From: Camelus dromedarius
Lineage: Eukaryota
Direction of reading: 5' to 3'
Length of the DNA: 64,000 nucleotides
Assembly (NCBI RefSeq): GCF_036321535.1
Contig: NC_087472.1
Span: forward strand, 97,280,001 to 97,344,000
A program made the position numbers and the translations under genes. The notes under the pieces were generated by a model, which was not told the DNA's origin, did not search any database, and saw only the letters and a list, made by a program, of their open reading frames with translations. Shown in pieces: positions 63,120-64,000 of the stretch (positions are counted from its first letter, which is position 1; every line of letters begins with the position of its first letter).

Positions 63120-63138
63120 TTTTTTTTTTTTTTTTTTT
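63120..63138 (-). mobile_element. Poly(A)-only retroinsertion
   Basis: Pure T run between exact repeats acttctgcctttct (63106-63119 and 63139-63152). Confidence 0.75.
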
Positions 63139-64000
63139 ACTTCTGCCTTTCTGATTTGGATGCCTTTTATTTTATTTTTTTGCCTAATTGCTCTGGCTAG
63201 GACTACCAGTACTATGTTGAATAGAAATGGCAAGAGTGGACATTCTTATTTTGTTCCTGATCTTAGAGGAAAAGCTTTCAGCTATTCACTGCTGGGTATG
63301 ATGTTAACTGTGGGCTTGTCATATATGGCCTTTATACCTAATTTGTTGAGAGTTTTTATCATGAAAAATGTTGAATTTTGTCAAAAGCTTTTTCTCATCT
63401 ACTGAGATGATCATGATTTTTATCCTTCATTTTTTAATGTGTAGTGTATTACATTGATTGATTTGCATATGTTGAGCCATCATAGCATCCTAGGGATAAA
63501 ACTCACTTCATCATAGTTTATGATCCTTATTATACTGTTGAATTTGGTTTGTTAGTATTTTGTTGAGGATTTTTGCATCTATGTTCATCAGGGATTTTGG
63601 CCTGTAATTCTCTTTTCTTGCAGTGTCCTTGTTTAAGTTGGTATCAGGGTAATAATGGTGGGTATGTAAAGTGAGTTTGGAAGGGTCCCTCCTCTTCAAA
63701 TTTTGGAAAAGTTCAGGAAGGACTAGCATTAATTTTTCTTTAAATGTTTGGTAAAATTTACCAGTAAAGCCATCTGGACCTGGACATTTCTTTGTTAGGA
63801 GATTTTTGATTACTGATTCCATCTCCTCATTTGTTCTTTTTTTGTTTTTAAAGAAAATCAGAGATTGGATCACAAACGTTGGAAGTAATGTGTTGAAACT
63901 GAAAATAGATGAGGGACGACAAGATCAATTGATCTTATATTTCCGAGGCACAAGTACAATATCATCATCATTTTAAATATTATTATTAGCTAAAAGTTAA

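Larger units (their letters stand above)
61742..63835 (-). mobile_element. L1MA-like element with internal ~1.1-kb deletion and two nested insertions
   Basis: 3' end gtttaaggtgtacaatgtaatg. ORF2 peptides [19 protein letters not shown]...ENYRPKSLMNIDAKILNKIL (63511..63873) and [26 protein letters not shown]. Confidence 0.9.

Noticed and set aside
1..64000. CRISPR arrays, operons, rRNA/snoRNA genes, CpG island, processed pseudogenes
   Set aside because: None seen. The sequence is CpG-depleted mammalian DNA with no repeat-spacer periodicity and no recognisable cellular mRNA-derived segment.

Overview
AT-rich mammalian genomic DNA, most likely camelid (alpaca/llama/camel). The lineage call rests on three tRNA-Ala-derived SINEs of Vic-1 type (GGGGAGGGTATAGCTCAGTGG...CCTAATTACCTCCCCC) and on young L1 3' ends that resemble my recollection of camelid L1. 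I recognise no protein-coding gene. Every ORF in the track that I can assign is a broken LINE-1 ORF2 fragment or its antisense, and the rest look like chance ORFs. The window is a deep intron or intergenic region built from layered transposons: CR1/L3, L2, MIR, old L1M, MaLR/ERVL LTRs, hAT/TcMar MITEs, ERV1 solo LTRs, younger L1s and SINEs. LTR orientation bias hints at a host gene transcribed on the + strand. The well-supported oddities are retrotransposition events: a twin-primed (5'-inverted) L1, a young L1 inserted at the deletion scar of an older L1, a poly(A)-only insertion with perfect TSD, and microsatellites born independently at the same L1 site. More speculative are a CCAAT/GA-box promoter with candidate non-coding exons on the - strand near 46 kb, and a few strong-splice-site candidate exons, including a possible 3-nt ATG microexon. 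I found no convincing new multi-gene system. Repeat subfamily names come from my memory of consensus sequences, and boundaries of old repeats are approximate.
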